Shown here one piece after another: positions 10,196-20,080 of a stretch of 54,237 nt of DNA. Location: IMG/VR virus record IMGVR_UViG_3300046169_000074, positions 1 through 54,237 of that record; one strand, written 5' to 3'. A program made the translations under genes and the position numbers. The notes under the pieces were generated by a model. It searched no databases and had not been told where the DNA came from. It was given only the letters and a program-made list of their open reading frames with translations. Position 1 is the first letter of the stretch. The number at the start of each line of letters is the position of its first letter. The DNA is from a virus (Duplodnaviria; Caudoviricetes).

Positions 10196-10841
10196 AGTTA
10201 GGTAGTTTATTGTTATACAAATGTAAATTATGAGCGTGGTGGTAGTACCAACCAGTATCAATATTCAGTCTCTCTGCAACTATTTTTTGTAGTCGTGAAA
10301 ATTGGTATTGATCATTACAAAAGCCGTACCAGAGATCGTTAGAACGCATGTATACAGACATACAGAGCTTATTATCTACAATTGTAAACTGAACAGCATA
10401 AGTACATGGTGTATCGTTATCGTATAACTCGTGCTCTTTAGCGTCATATATACTTATAGCTGCTTGCCTAGTGTCTTTTTCATACTTTAGCTTATTAACT
10501 ACATATTCCAACTGTTTATTTCTACTCCACTGCCAACCATAGTTTGAGTTCACACAGCCGTCGGTGTCTGCCATATGATTCCATATATCAGGAACTTTAC
10601 CATATAATTCACCGAGCTTTTTTATGTTATTATCTCCAGATAAATACCATAACCACTCAGCCTCAGCATAATCTATACTCCATTTACGGTCTTTATTTGT
10701 TATCTCTCTCAACATTGGATTATCTAAGTAAAACCCCACGTTGAATAATGCTTTAGTATCACCGAAATTAACACCTTGTTCTATTATCAAGCTGTGGTAA
10801 AACTCGTAAGCATCATTTGCTGTTTTAAAGTGTCTAGTCAT
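10185..10841 (-). CDS. Thymidylate-synthase-superfamily enzyme, dCMP hydroxymethylase-like
   Basis: NSNYGW, catalytic PC, MRSNDLWYGFCND with Asp at the position of the ThyA dUMP-specifying Asn, NLHLY. Confidence 0.75.
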   Translation of the reverse strand: MTRHFKTANDAYEFYHSLIIEQGVNFGDTKALFNVGFYLDNPMLREITNKDRKWSIDYAEAEWLWYLSGDNNIKKLGELYGKVPDIWNHMADTDGCVNSNYGWQWSRNKQLEYVVNKLKYEKDTRQAAISIYDAKEHELYDNDTPCTYAVQFTIVDNKLCMSVYMRSNDLWYGFCNDQYQFSRLQKIVAERLNIDTGWYYHHAHNLHLYNNKLPNYGT

Positions 10842-11088
10842 TGTGTTTTTTATAATAATATTTGCAATATTCATACATTTTAGCTAAAGCTTCTAGACCA
10901 GTGTATCTATTAGGATCTTCTGTAACCTTGTCTTTAATAGTTATTTCAACTATCCAAGCTTGATCGTCTGACCAATCAGGTATAACAGCTATCCATATTC
11001 CATTTAATCTACACCAACCAAAGTGCTTAGCCATTTCATCTGATTGAACTAAGAAACCTGGGTTTCTACCTTTTACCTTTTTAGGCAT
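10834..11088 (-). CDS. Hypothetical protein
   Basis: 84-aa ORF overlapping both neighbours. Confidence 0.6.
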   Translation of the reverse strand: MPKKVKGRNPGFLVQSDEMAKHFGWCRLNGIWIAVIPDWSDDQAWIVEITIKDKVTEDPNRYTGLEALAKMYEYCKYYYKKHND

Positions 11089-12803
11089 TATTCCCAGGGT
11101 AAAGCTTCGTTCTCAACGACGTCGGCAGCTAGTGGTATATAACTACCTGACTTAGGTTCCCATGTGAAATGTGATTCAGCACCATTTTCACCTAAGTTCT
11201 GGAATTTAACCTTGAGAACTTTAGCTTTAACAGTTTTGAGTTCATAATCTCTGTGGATAAGCAACCCGTGATAACTAGCATCGTACCATTCACCACCACC
11301 TTTAATGTTATACATAGTTGGTTCTTCAATTTTTCCATCTTTGTCTTTATACATTTTAGTTGGATGAGCTACTATAATAACTAACACATCATACTTTTTA
11401 GCAAACGTTTCAATCTTAGTTAGATATTCCATAGTATACCTATTAACATCTTCGGTTTTACAATTTAAATCTCTAACTTTATTAAACGGATCGATAACTA
11501 AACATTTAATACCTTTACGTTTTACTAACTCAGCACCTTTAGTTAATACATCTTCTAATGTATATCTATCCATATCAATGAAAAAGTAATTATCATCTAT
11601 ATGATCAGTAACATTATTCCACTTTTCAGAGCCTATGTCAGAAGTTGTAGGTAAACCCTCCCAGGTTTTACGTATTAACTTATGTGCGTGCAAATAATTA
11701 GGTTTGTTTTCGGGTGATGCAAAAGCTGTCTTCCATCCATAGTTTTTATTGTAGCCAATACACATTTGATCTACAAAATCTGATTTACCAGATGATGGTA
11801 TACCCGTTACAGTTATAAACTGTGATGTATATGTAGAGAATATTTTATCAAAATTCTCTAAACCAACTTGGTAACCAGGTTTAAAACCATTATGAACAAA
11901 GTCTAATAAATCATTTTCAAGATCGCGTAAAGTAGATACACCTTCTAAAGGTACTTGAGTAGCAGTGTTTATAACACTTCTAAGTTTCTCTTTACCGTGT
12001 TTGATTAAATAATCATTAGCATCTTTAACATCTCCGAAATCTACTAAGTAACAAACCTCAGCGCCTAACCTGCGTATAAACTCTTGCTTAAGAGCTTGAC
12101 CAGGTTCGTCAGCATCAACGGCTAGTATAATCTTTTCTTTATCTTCTAGATAGTCAATACAATTATCTAGGTAGTCAAGATTATTACTATTTAACGTTGC
12201 ACCGTTAGGTACTGAAACTACATTTTGTATACCAGCTTCGTGCAAAGCTAGAACATCCATTTCGCCTTCGACAATAACACAAGAATTATAACCTACAATA
12301 CTATTAATATTGTAGAATATTTTCTCAGCACCTTTGTATAGCTTAAAGTTTTTACGACCATCTCTATATTTTACGTTGATCAACTCATCACCCATAAAAT
12401 AATTAAACTGTATCGCATTTTCTTTTTGTCCTGTTTGAGGCATAAACTCAGGACCTTCAGTGACACCTAACTCATCTAAAGTACTTAAGGAAATACCACG
12501 ATCTGAAAACCATTCTTGAACTTTAGTTTGTACTTGCTTGTACTCACCATCTGGTTGAACAGGTCGTATGTATTCCTTCGTACTATTACCCTTTCGTTTG
12601 TATGTATGCAACTGAAAACTACTATCACAATTGTGACAAGTACCGAGACCACGTTCCCAATCGTAAGAAGCACATTTTGCTTTACGATTTTCGGGTTTCC
12701 TATCAGCGGAGCACAAAGGACAAGTCCCCTGTGTCTTACCCGCTTCTAAGCCATATTGATTGAAATCGTCAATCAAAAATCCATTGATCTCTACTGTTTC
12801 CAT
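11088..12803 (-). CDS. T7 gp4/Twinkle-like primase-helicase
   Basis: CPLC..CHNC zinc finger, TOPRIM EGEMD and DAD, Walker A GIPSSGKS, LVIDP, VAHP. Confidence 0.92.
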   Translation of the reverse strand: METVEINGFLIDDFNQYGLEAGKTQGTCPLCSADRKPENRKAKCASYDWERGLGTCHNCDSSFQLHTYKRKGNSTKEYIRPVQPDGEYKQVQTKVQEWFSDRGISLSTLDELGVTEGPEFMPQTGQKENAIQFNYFMGDELINVKYRDGRKNFKLYKGAEKIFYNINSIVGYNSCVIVEGEMDVLALHEAGIQNVVSVPNGATLNSNNLDYLDNCIDYLEDKEKIILAVDADEPGQALKQEFIRRLGAEVCYLVDFGDVKDANDYLIKHGKEKLRSVINTATQVPLEGVSTLRDLENDLLDFVHNGFKPGYQVGLENFDKIFSTYTSQFITVTGIPSSGKSDFVDQMCIGYNKNYGWKTAFASPENKPNYLHAHKLIRKTWEGLPTTSDIGSEKWNNVTDHIDDNYFFIDMDRYTLEDVLTKGAELVKRKGIKCLVIDPFNKVRDLNCKTEDVNRYTMEYLTKIETFAKKYDVLVIIVAHPTKMYKDKDGKIEEPTMYNIKGGGEWYDASYHGLLIHRDYELKTVKAKVLKVKFQNLGENGAESHFTWEPKSGSYIPLAADVVENEALPWE

Positions 12804-12811
12804 CTATTTAA

Positions 12812-13120
12812 TTAAAATGGTAAGTCATCTTCTTGAACCGCGGCTTTTTGAGGCGCTGGTGCTTGACCATCTCTAGGTGCTGTAGCAACATTATCACCGT
12901 TAGTCCATACAACACGTACGTTACCTAAGTAAGTTTTAGCTGCTTTAGCCTCACGTTCTTCTTTGGTTTGCTCTACGCATACAGGGCCTTGATTACCGAA
13001 CTGATCAGGCTCATCGTTTAATGTAACTGTAATAGGTAGGTACTTACCTTTTTTACCGTTAATGATTTTGTCTTTAGGAATCTCATTGAGATTAATTGAC
13101 GTTTTAATAATACTTGCCAT
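12812..13120 (-). CDS. Single-stranded DNA-binding protein
   Basis: Acidic C-terminal EDDLPF tail; adjacent to the helicase. Confidence 0.7.
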   Translation of the reverse strand: MASIIKTSINLNEIPKDKIINGKKGKYLPITVTLNDEPDQFGNQGPVCVEQTKEEREAKAAKTYLGNVRVVWTNGDNVATAPRDGQAPAPQKAAVQEDDLPF

Positions 13121-13123
13121 ACT

Positions 13124-13369
13124 CTACTGTTTAATTAAGGTTACTAAATTTCTAACTTGTTCTACCGACGCACCCGTTGATCGTCTGAAGTTATCAAACT
13201 TTTTGTGATAAGGATGAAGTCCGTTACGTGAGTTTCTATTCATATAGAAGTTGTCACTGTTTGCTTTGTACTTGTTGCCTGAAATAGAACAGGTCATCAT
13301 TTTTGCTCTTGCCATTGGTTTTGGGTTTAAGAGATTAATAAAAAATTGACTTATTGATTGTTTATTCAT
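13124..13369 (-). CDS. Hypothetical protein
   Basis: 81-aa ORF directly after a class I motif. Confidence 0.6.
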   Translation of the reverse strand: MNKQSISQFFINLLNPKPMARAKMMTCSISGNKYKANSDNFYMNRNSRNGLHPYHKKFDNFRRSTGASVEQVRNLVTLIKQ

Positions 13370-13372
13370 ATA

Positions 13373-13407
13373 TATAATATCTTTAGGTAATCGTATTTAT
13401 ATTGTAA
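13373..13407 (-). promoter_or_regulatory. Class I promoter-like motif (ACRA-N7-ACGA-N8-AGATATTAT)
   Basis: TTACAATATAAATACGA-TTACCTAA-AGATATTATA. Confidence 0.75.
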
Positions 13408-14053
13408 TTAGTATTTTAAGGCTTTACTAATCAAAGGAAACTGATCTTTAAATATACTTTTAGCTTCCTTAGCAACTAACTGTATTTCTTTCTGAGCATG
13501 CTCGTCATCTCTAAGCTGTAGGAAGTGTATCCAACTTCTAATACTACCAGTCATAAATATTTTAGTTTTAGTAGTCAGCGGTAGTATCATCCTAGCTTGC
13601 TCTCTAGCTACGCCAGCGTTTAATAATTCTACATATAAAGATTTTATAGCGCCCAACATACCGTTTATAACTTCATTAGCGTTAGTTGTAGCGTGAAACC
13701 TTATAGTAGGATTAAATACCTCCGTAGATGACTGCCTATTGTCATCACACTGCTTACGTAACTCTATAGGTTCAAACATTTCATCTAACTTGTTTACATC
13801 TTGGTATCGTTGACTAAACTCTTGAAATGTAAATGATCGATGTCTTATAAGCTGTATACCTATTGCTTTGCTAGTATTTATTTCTAATGTTAAGTAGCTA
13901 TGCTCGAAAGGGGCTGAAGTGCTTATGATTGATTAAATAATTTATAAGACCCTCTGGTTTAGCTTTCTTATCCTTACGACTACTACTAACTCTAGCTATT
14001 TCGACTATATTATCTTCAGCGTTAGGTGTAACTGATTGTAGTTTCACATTCAT
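13408..14053 (-). CDS. thyx: Flavin-dependent thymidylate synthase (one extra base near 13910)
   Basis: HFSPFEH, RHRSFTFQEFSQRY (RHRx7S), EQARMILP, HAQKEI; span is 646 nt = 3n+1. Confidence 0.9.
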
Positions 14054-14055
14054 AG

Positions 14056-14788
14056 CTATAATGTTTTAGTTAGTAAATATTGATTTGTATCGAAGTCTTC
14101 TGTCTTGTAAAACAAGTCGTAAGCATCACTAGCTTTACGTACTTTATCTTCGCCCTGACCTATAAAAGCTATCTGAACAGTCAAATAAACCTACTTGATG
14201 AGTGTTTTTATCTATAACTATAAATATCATTTCGTAACCAAACAACTTATTATAAATATAAGCTTGACTATCGTAGTTGTATTTAGACGCAGACCATTTA
14301 AACTTATCTATATCACTGGTAGTTTTAAGATCAATAACTAATTGCTCTTCGTGGTTAATTATATCAGCCTTACCCTTCCATTTATTTCCGAATATCTCTG
14401 TAACAGCTGGCTCTTCGTATGTCACGTCACCTAGTAGTGGTCGTATAAGATCTTTACAAACATCGTTACTCATCACAGCATCCATCATCAACTCTATATT
14501 ATCAACCTCGTGTTGTAATAGACAAACTTCACCACCAGAAAGTTCTTTATATACTTTAGTATTACGAGTTGAAGCTTCGATGATTTTAAAACTCTTTAGT
14601 TTATCAGGTTCTAATATAGCCGTATGGAAATAACCTCCGACAGCAAACGCTGGATTATTACCTTTAGGTTTATTAAGCTCTTTAGGGTTTTTTAGTAAGG
14701 CACTTATGTTTGAATTACTTAAAAACTGTTGACCAAACTCTCCGTAGTAATGCTCATCATCTCTTAATTTGTCTATAATATCCTTCAT
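14056..14788 (-). CDS. RecE/PD-(D/E)xK-like exonuclease (one extra base near 14153)
   Basis: LSNS, GGYFH, KGKAD, IDLKTT, YDSQAYIY; reading continues to TAG at 14056 in the shifted frame. Confidence 0.8.
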
Positions 14789-14789
14789 A

Positions 14790-15320
14790 CTAGTTCTTTA
14801 GTTTCTTACGTTGATCAGCTGTTACAGCGTATTTAGCTTCTATAGCAGCAATATCACCACCACCTTTAACAAACTCTATTGCTTTAGCTAATTGATCATT
14901 AGTCATCTTCTTTTTAGCTGGCTTGCTATCGTGTTTGTTGGTAGCGTCTGCATCCTCAGTATCATCAATTAAGAATAGGTTACCTAAAGCGTATTTTTTA
15001 CCGTAAGTAGATGCGGCACCAAATTGCTGAGACGTTTGCATACCTTTTTGATTAAGGTCTACACCGACTATTGCTGTTGCTGTAATTGAGTTTTCGCCAT
15101 CTGATATTGTGGCTGTAGATTGCATCATTGGTACAGGGTCAACGCTAATGATTTCTTCATTAACTGTTACGTACACATTATGCTTTACTAGGAACGGTTT
15201 TACCGCTTCGAGGATGTCTTCAGCTTTACGGAAGTAGTACTTACCGAAGCTATTGTACGAAGACTTTTTAGCTTTTAATTCAGTCTGAACGACTGCTAAA
15301 GTTTTGGTTAATTTAGTCAT
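14790..15320 (-). CDS. ERF-family single-strand annealing protein
   Basis: EDILEAVKP, QQFGAASTYGKKYALGNLFLIDDTEDAD. Confidence 0.85.
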   Translation of the reverse strand: MTKLTKTLAVVQTELKAKKSSYNSFGKYYFRKAEDILEAVKPFLVKHNVYVTVNEEIISVDPVPMMQSTATISDGENSITATAIVGVDLNQKGMQTSQQFGAASTYGKKYALGNLFLIDDTEDADATNKHDSKPAKKKMTNDQLAKAIEFVKGGGDIAAIEAKYAVTADQRKKLKN

Positions 15321-15344
15321 TGGCTTTTGGTTTATCGGTACCTA

Positions 15345-15372
15345 TATAATCACATATAAGGCCCCTAATTTA
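15345..15372 (-). promoter_or_regulatory. Class II promoter-like motif
   Basis: TAAA-N15-GTGATTATA between sigma and ERF genes. Confidence 0.6.
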
Positions 15373-15392
15373 ACATTTATTTTTAACTTAAA

Positions 15393-16148
15393 CTACAGGT
15401 AATCAACCACTTGCGAGTGCGGTACATTATCTATTAATTTGTCTATAGCTTGCTTTTTTAACTGTGAAACACGTACGTAAGAGCTAGTACCTTTAATACC
15501 TAAAACTTCAGCTATCTCTTTAGCGGAATACTTACTACAGTCTAAACCGTAAGATAATCTCAATACTTGATATTCTTTAGGGTTTAAATGCTCCATCATT
15601 ATACTTTTTAAGTATGCTAGCAATATATCTTTATTATATTCTTTAGCATTATCAGGTATATCATTAAAAGTGTTATTATCATCAGTATTATTATCTAAGC
15701 TTAAAAACACCGAATTAAAAAACAAGGCAACCATTTTTTTATCCTCACCGAAATCTTTACGTATTTCGTTTAGTTTATGCTCTGGTATACGCATAGTACC
15801 TCTATTCATATCAATAGCTCTTCGTATTGCACCACGTATACGTTTTGCTAAAAAAGATTTTAGTCTTTGTTCTTGATCTTCGGCTTCGCATATAGTATTC
15901 CAGTTGATTCTATCAACAGCTTGTATTAAACCTAAATTACCTTCTTGTATAAGATCATTTATAGTCATAACACCTGAAGCTTGTTGAGCTGTGGAAAACT
16001 TACGTGCTAAATTCTCTACCAAAGGTAAAAACTTAACTATAAGTTGATCTCTAGTGTATTCATGAAACTCTCTACGAGGGAGAAGCTCAATACTTTCGCT
16101 TACATCATTTTTATATCTTAAATAATTTTGTATATTATATTTCTTCAC
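15393..16148 (-). CDS. Phage sigma70-family RNA polymerase sigma factor (group 3-like)
   Basis: LPLVENLARKF, DLIQEGNLGLIQAVDR, RIRGAI, MRIP, region 4 KEIAEVLG...RVSQLKKQAIDKL. Confidence 0.9.
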   Translation of the reverse strand: MKKYNIQNYLRYKNDVSESIELLPRREFHEYTRDQLIVKFLPLVENLARKFSTAQQASGVMTINDLIQEGNLGLIQAVDRINWNTICEAEDQEQRLKSFLAKRIRGAIRRAIDMNRGTMRIPEHKLNEIRKDFGEDKKMVALFFNSVFLSLDNNTDDNNTFNDIPDNAKEYNKDILLAYLKSIMMEHLNPKEYQVLRLSYGLDCSKYSAKEIAEVLGIKGTSSYVRVSQLKKQAIDKLIDNVPHSQVVDYL

Positions 16149-16783
16149 AATGTTCCATTTAATAGTTCTTTTTCTCTTTTTAATTCGTTACATATATTAC
16201 GATGAATTGTACGTGTAGAACAGTCTAATAAACTTGCTAGACGGCTTATCGTGATCTTTTTTCCCATATCGTTAATATCTATCATACATTGATAAATATC
16301 ATCAGGATGGATCCGTTTTTGACGACCTATTAAACCACCTACTATACTTAACTTTTCAGCTTTATCGATACCTATACCTTGTTTAAATATAACCTTACGT
16401 AGTTTATTCTTAGGTGGAGCATCAAGATCAGACATGTAAACGTCATGTATAATTCTATCTAACGATGCTTCAGATATTGTAAAGGTACAAAAACCATTTG
16501 ACTTATCAGCTATAAATTCCGATAAATCTGTAAAATCATCTGTAGTCAACCTAGGATTTAAATACCAAAGCACTAATAAGTGCCATTTTAAACTCTTAAA
16601 AGTATTTATCTTTGCCTTGCTTTTAAATAAATCATAAGCAGAATATGTACCGTCAGCGTAAAACCAATATTGATTTGTTTCTATAGTAGGTTCTTCTAGA
16701 CTTGTATTTGGGTCTAACCTAGTTATAATTCTTTTACGATGTAACCATTCAAAATTCCTTGATATATTTAAGTTTTGTGACAT
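16145..16783 (-). CDS. Protein with C-terminal helix-turn-helix (regulator or replication initiator)
   Basis: KITISRLASLLDCSTRTIHR; overlaps the sigma start. Confidence 0.65.
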   Translation of the reverse strand: MSQNLNISRNFEWLHRKRIITRLDPNTSLEEPTIETNQYWFYADGTYSAYDLFKSKAKINTFKSLKWHLLVLWYLNPRLTTDDFTDLSEFIADKSNGFCTFTISEASLDRIIHDVYMSDLDAPPKNKLRKVIFKQGIGIDKAEKLSIVGGLIGRQKRIHPDDIYQCMIDINDMGKKITISRLASLLDCSTRTIHRNICNELKREKELLNGTL

Positions 16784-16821
16784 TAGCCAGTTACTATATT
16801 ATTAATTAGGCTTTTGTCACA
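16776..16821. repeat. 46-bp palindromic site, copy 1 (inverted relative to copies 2 and 3)
   Basis: TGTGACAttaGCCAGTTACTatattaTTAATTAGGCtttTGTCACA; covers the HTH gene ATG. Confidence 0.85.
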
Positions 16822-16903
16822 GTCGGAGTGTAACGTTGCAATGATAATCCGCTTAGAATCATCACCTTGAGGATATTTAATTTTATTAAATTCCTCTATT
16901 TTC

Positions 16904-17374
16904 TTAATTAGGTCTTCTTTCATAAATAGTTTCTTTATTAGGGTTTGCAACTGTATTTTTTTCGCCTATGTAATAATTCCAATAAGCCTCAACACTACAT
17001 TCAGCTTTATACTCATCAGGCATACACTGAGGTGGTTGTGTTAATAATTCCATTGGTATACCTTTAGGTATTTGCCATAAGTGCTTACATTTAGTTATAG
17101 ATAAATGCTCTTTACCGTATCTATTTCTATATTCCTCACCTAAGCCCATCATATGTCTGTATAACCAAGAATAGTTACTAGCATTCTCACGCGTCCATTT
17201 TGTTGAAGGGTGATTATAATGCGCTTTCTTATAAGGTATATCTACACTACTTTCATAATGATGATGTGCAGTACATAGCATTTGTGCAGATTCTAAGATC
17301 ATTTTAACTACATGCTTATTATATTGTAGCCTCGCAGCTTCAAACGGATCTTCATCTAAGTAAAATATATTCAT
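16904..17374 (-). CDS. Pyrimidine-dimer DNA glycosylase (DenV-like) family protein
   Basis: MNIFYLD, KHVVKMILESAQML, HPSTKW, EYRNRYGKEH, QCMP. Confidence 0.75.
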   Translation of the reverse strand: MNIFYLDEDPFEAARLQYNKHVVKMILESAQMLCTAHHHYESSVDIPYKKAHYNHPSTKWTRENASNYSWLYRHMMGLGEEYRNRYGKEHLSITKCKHLWQIPKGIPMELLTQPPQCMPDEYKAECSVEAYWNYYIGEKNTVANPNKETIYERRPN

Positions 17375-17535
17375 TCGTTCCAGCGTTTTATTATGTTAAT
17401 AACTATGAAGGCGTTAGCAATAATAGCTTGTAGAACTATAATTGTTCTAAATATAGCTACTCTATCAGCTTCTTTGTTAGTTTTACCACTTTTTTCACCA
17501 AGGGCTCTAGCCCAATGTCTCCATAAGTATCTCAA
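17371..17535 (-). CDS. 54-aa membrane peptide
   Basis: TTG start, WRHWARALGEKSGKTNKEAD followed by a hydrophobic stretch. Confidence 0.55.
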   Translation of the reverse strand: MRYLWRHWARALGEKSGKTNKEADRVAIFRTIIVLQAIIANAFIVINIIKRWNE

Positions 17536-17643
17536 TCTTCATATATTTTGTCTAACAGTTGTACAGCAACTCTTAGAGTTATTTTTTCTTCTTCGTATAG
17601 TTTTTGAACTAATTTACTTATCTTCATACGCTTTATTTGACTT

Positions 17644-18546
17644 TTATTCATAATCTCGTATACATTTAAACAAAGGGTGTCGGTAACTACCAGCTTTAGT
17701 ACGTTCGAAGTACGTAAAGGTAGCTGTTTTACCAATCCATTTTTGCATTTGTTTGAAATTTGTTTGTAACTTTTTGAAATTATCCATTACAGGCATACCA
17801 AATTCAATACCGTTAGCATCAATAGCTAGAAATTTACCGATAGTACCAGTTCGTTTACCTTTACCTTCAACCCAGCCAACTATTTCAGCTTCAGAGTCAT
17901 GGAAGTCTTTGAATTTACGTAAACTATGAGATCGTTTAGACTGATACTCAGAGTTAGTACGTAATATAGAACCTTCGTAACCTTTAGCTAAGTTAGACCC
18001 GTGTAGTTGTTTTGCAAACTTTTCAGCCCATACTTCGTGAGTTTCAACGTGTTTTACACAATAAGACTCTGTTAAATTCAACTTAACCCACTCGTCACGT
18101 AGATCAAACTTACCTGACCAGTGTTCAGATTTAGCGAAACGATCTGATAATATAGCATCGTAACAGTGGAACTGAACTAGGTTTTTAGATTCTATTCTGT
18201 GATCCATTGTAGGTTTAGTTTTACGCACACAAGATATAATCTTTTCAAAGTCATCTTTTAGATCGTGGTTGTACAATTCACCGTCAAGAACTACATCTGG
18301 GTTACATTCAAAGAACCATTGTAAACTTTCAAGTATGTGCCGTATGTTTTTCCACTCTTTACCAGTACGTGAATAAGCTTTAATAACAGTACCTAAAACT
18401 ACTGGGTCGTACTCAGCTTGTATTAAGCAACGTACGCCATCAAGCTTTGGTTGAATGAAGTTTTTAGTTTTATAATCTATTGGTTTTTTACTTACCGGGT
18501 AAGCTAGCATTGGTTTATGTCTCATCATCTTGTTCTCCTTCTTCAT
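17644..18546 (-). CDS. ATP-dependent DNA ligase
   Basis: PMLA, QPKLDGVR, LDGELY, YEGSILR, KFKDF. Confidence 0.92.
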   Translation of the reverse strand: MKKENKMMRHKPMLAYPVSKKPIDYKTKNFIQPKLDGVRCLIQAEYDPVVLGTVIKAYSRTGKEWKNIRHILESLQWFFECNPDVVLDGELYNHDLKDDFEKIISCVRKTKPTMDHRIESKNLVQFHCYDAILSDRFAKSEHWSGKFDLRDEWVKLNLTESYCVKHVETHEVWAEKFAKQLHGSNLAKGYEGSILRTNSEYQSKRSHSLRKFKDFHDSEAEIVGWVEGKGKRTGTIGKFLAIDANGIEFGMPVMDNFKKLQTNFKQMQKWIGKTATFTYFERTKAGSYRHPLFKCIRDYE

Positions 18547-18799
18547 TTGGTTTGTTAAATTCTTCAGTTATATTAAGTTTATCAGTTAATTTTTCTATTT
18601 TAATCTTCATTACAGCACATTTTTCATACTCTTCACGATCTAGGTATATGTTTTGTAATGTAACACATCTAGCTAACTCACCTACCATATGATCTCTACT
18701 GTCATGGGTAAGCCAGTCTTCGCCAGATGTCATCATAGCTTTTTTTATCAAGGCATCAGCTACGTATACGCCTAGTTTTTCTAAGTCTTCGTTCGTCAT
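18515..18799 (-). CDS. Hypothetical protein with UVR-like motif
   Basis: EEYEKCAVMKIKI. Confidence 0.55.
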   Translation of the reverse strand: MTNEDLEKLGVYVADALIKKAMMTSGEDWLTHDSRDHMVGELARCVTLQNIYLDREEYEKCAVMKIKIEKLTDKLNITEEFNKPNEEGEQDDET

Positions 18800-18802
18800 A
18801 TA

Positions 18803-18837
18803 TATAATATCTACATCAATTCGTATTTAGATCGTAA
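18803..18837 (-). promoter_or_regulatory. Class I promoter-like motif
   Basis: TTACGATCTAAATACGA-ATTGATGT-AGATATTATA. Confidence 0.75.
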
Positions 18838-19254
18838 TTTATCTGGTTTACCTACAAATAAACAGGTTTTACCTTCAAATATACTAACCCAGAACTCTTC
18901 ACAACCAGGTTTAACCCATATATAGTATACAAAATCAACCCACAACTTCGTTGTTTCTGACTCTAGTATTATTTTAGAGCTAAACTTTTGGTTTTCTAAG
19001 TACTTTATTAAGTTTATTGGAACTCTAGTTATAACATACTCATCAGTATCTTCTAAAAACTTAGCTAATTCAACACCTAAGTAAGCAGGGAAACCATCAT
19101 AATGTCTATATATTTGATAGGTTTCAGGCTTTTTAGGTCTTTCACTGAACGAAATACCTGGTTCTCGCTTAGCAAATCTTATTATTCCTTTAGTCGACAT
19201 ATTTACCTTTTTTATAGCCAAATGAGAATATTTGATCATTATCAAGCATTTCAT
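18811..19254 (-). CDS. Hypothetical phage protein
   Basis: YRHYDGFPAYLG motif; true start may be MSTKG. Confidence 0.6.
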   Translation of the reverse strand: MKCLIMIKYSHLAIKKVNMSTKGIIRFAKREPGISFSERPKKPETYQIYRHYDGFPAYLGVELAKFLEDTDEYVITRVPINLIKYLENQKFSSKIILESETTKLWVDFVYYIWVKPGCEEFWVSIFEGKTCLFVGKPDKLRSKYELM

Positions 19255-19365
19255 TTAGAAATTTATACTCATTAGTTAACCTTGGTCTAATACAGTACTT
19301 CGTTGAGTAAATTACTTCTTCTGAATGAGCTCTTTCAGTATAAAAAAACTGTACTAAATACTTTT

Positions 19366-19677
19366 TCATACTTCAAAATCTTCAACGTTAGCACCCATTT
19401 TCTTTAACATATCTACAACTGTACCTGGTAATTCAAACATACCATCATAATCAGTCAGTAGCTCACTAGAGAACCATAAACCACCCTCAGCGTAGTAGTC
19501 GTTACCTCCGCTCTCTTCGTCGTAAAGCTCAAATCCGCCGTTTTCATTGTCTTTATCCCACCATACCTCGTAATTCATAGTTTTACTCTCTGGCTTAGTT
19601 CCATTAAATGACGTTTGGTAATTAACATACTCAACTTCCTTGCGTTTTTCACTTAAAATATTAGATTGTTTTTCCAT
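19366..19677 (-). CDS. Hypothetical acidic protein
   Basis: 103-aa ORF, YAEGGLWF...DYDGMFELP. Confidence 0.6.
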   Translation of the reverse strand: MEKQSNILSEKRKEVEYVNYQTSFNGTKPESKTMNYEVWWDKDNENGGFELYDEESGGNDYYAEGGLWFSSELLTDYDGMFELPGTVVDMLKKMGANVEDFEV

Positions 19678-19990
19678 AATTGTCTTTGTAAATAGGTATT
19701 TGAGTTCTATACCTTTTGATTCTACTTAATTTTTCAGCTTCTGCTTTTGCGATGTTCTCTTGCTTGATCTTTTGTTTGTTGCGTTTGAAGTCTATTTGCT
19801 CTTGAATTAGATCTGAGTTGTAATACTTTTTAACTTTATCGAGCCTCCATTGTACATCTCCGATCTCTTCGATGATCTCTGGCGTTAAATCTTTGCTAGA
19901 CTTGTTAAGTTGTTGCGTTATAACTGTAGCTAACTCTAGAAGTTCTTCAACTAGTTTTTGATGATCTTTTAAGTTTTTACCTATATCCAT
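19661..19990 (-). CDS. MazG-like pyrophosphatase domain protein
   Basis: KLVEELLEL...IIEEIGDV. Confidence 0.6.
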   Translation of the reverse strand: MDIGKNLKDHQKLVEELLELATVITQQLNKSSKDLTPEIIEEIGDVQWRLDKVKKYYNSDLIQEQIDFKRNKQKIKQENIAKAEAEKLSRIKRYRTQIPIYKDNYGKTI

Positions 19991-20080
19991 TACTCATCCG
20001 ATGTGTTATAAGCTACTATACATATAATTCCGACACTAAGTGCTGTAGCTATCATTAATAATAAGTGCATAATTTTCTGT

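Noticed and set aside
10185-10841. Plain thyA annotation
   Set aside because: Specificity residue is Asp rather than Asn, and thyX is present
16776-16821. CRP/FNR site (TGTGA...TCACA)
   Set aside because: Half-sites are 36 bp apart, not 6
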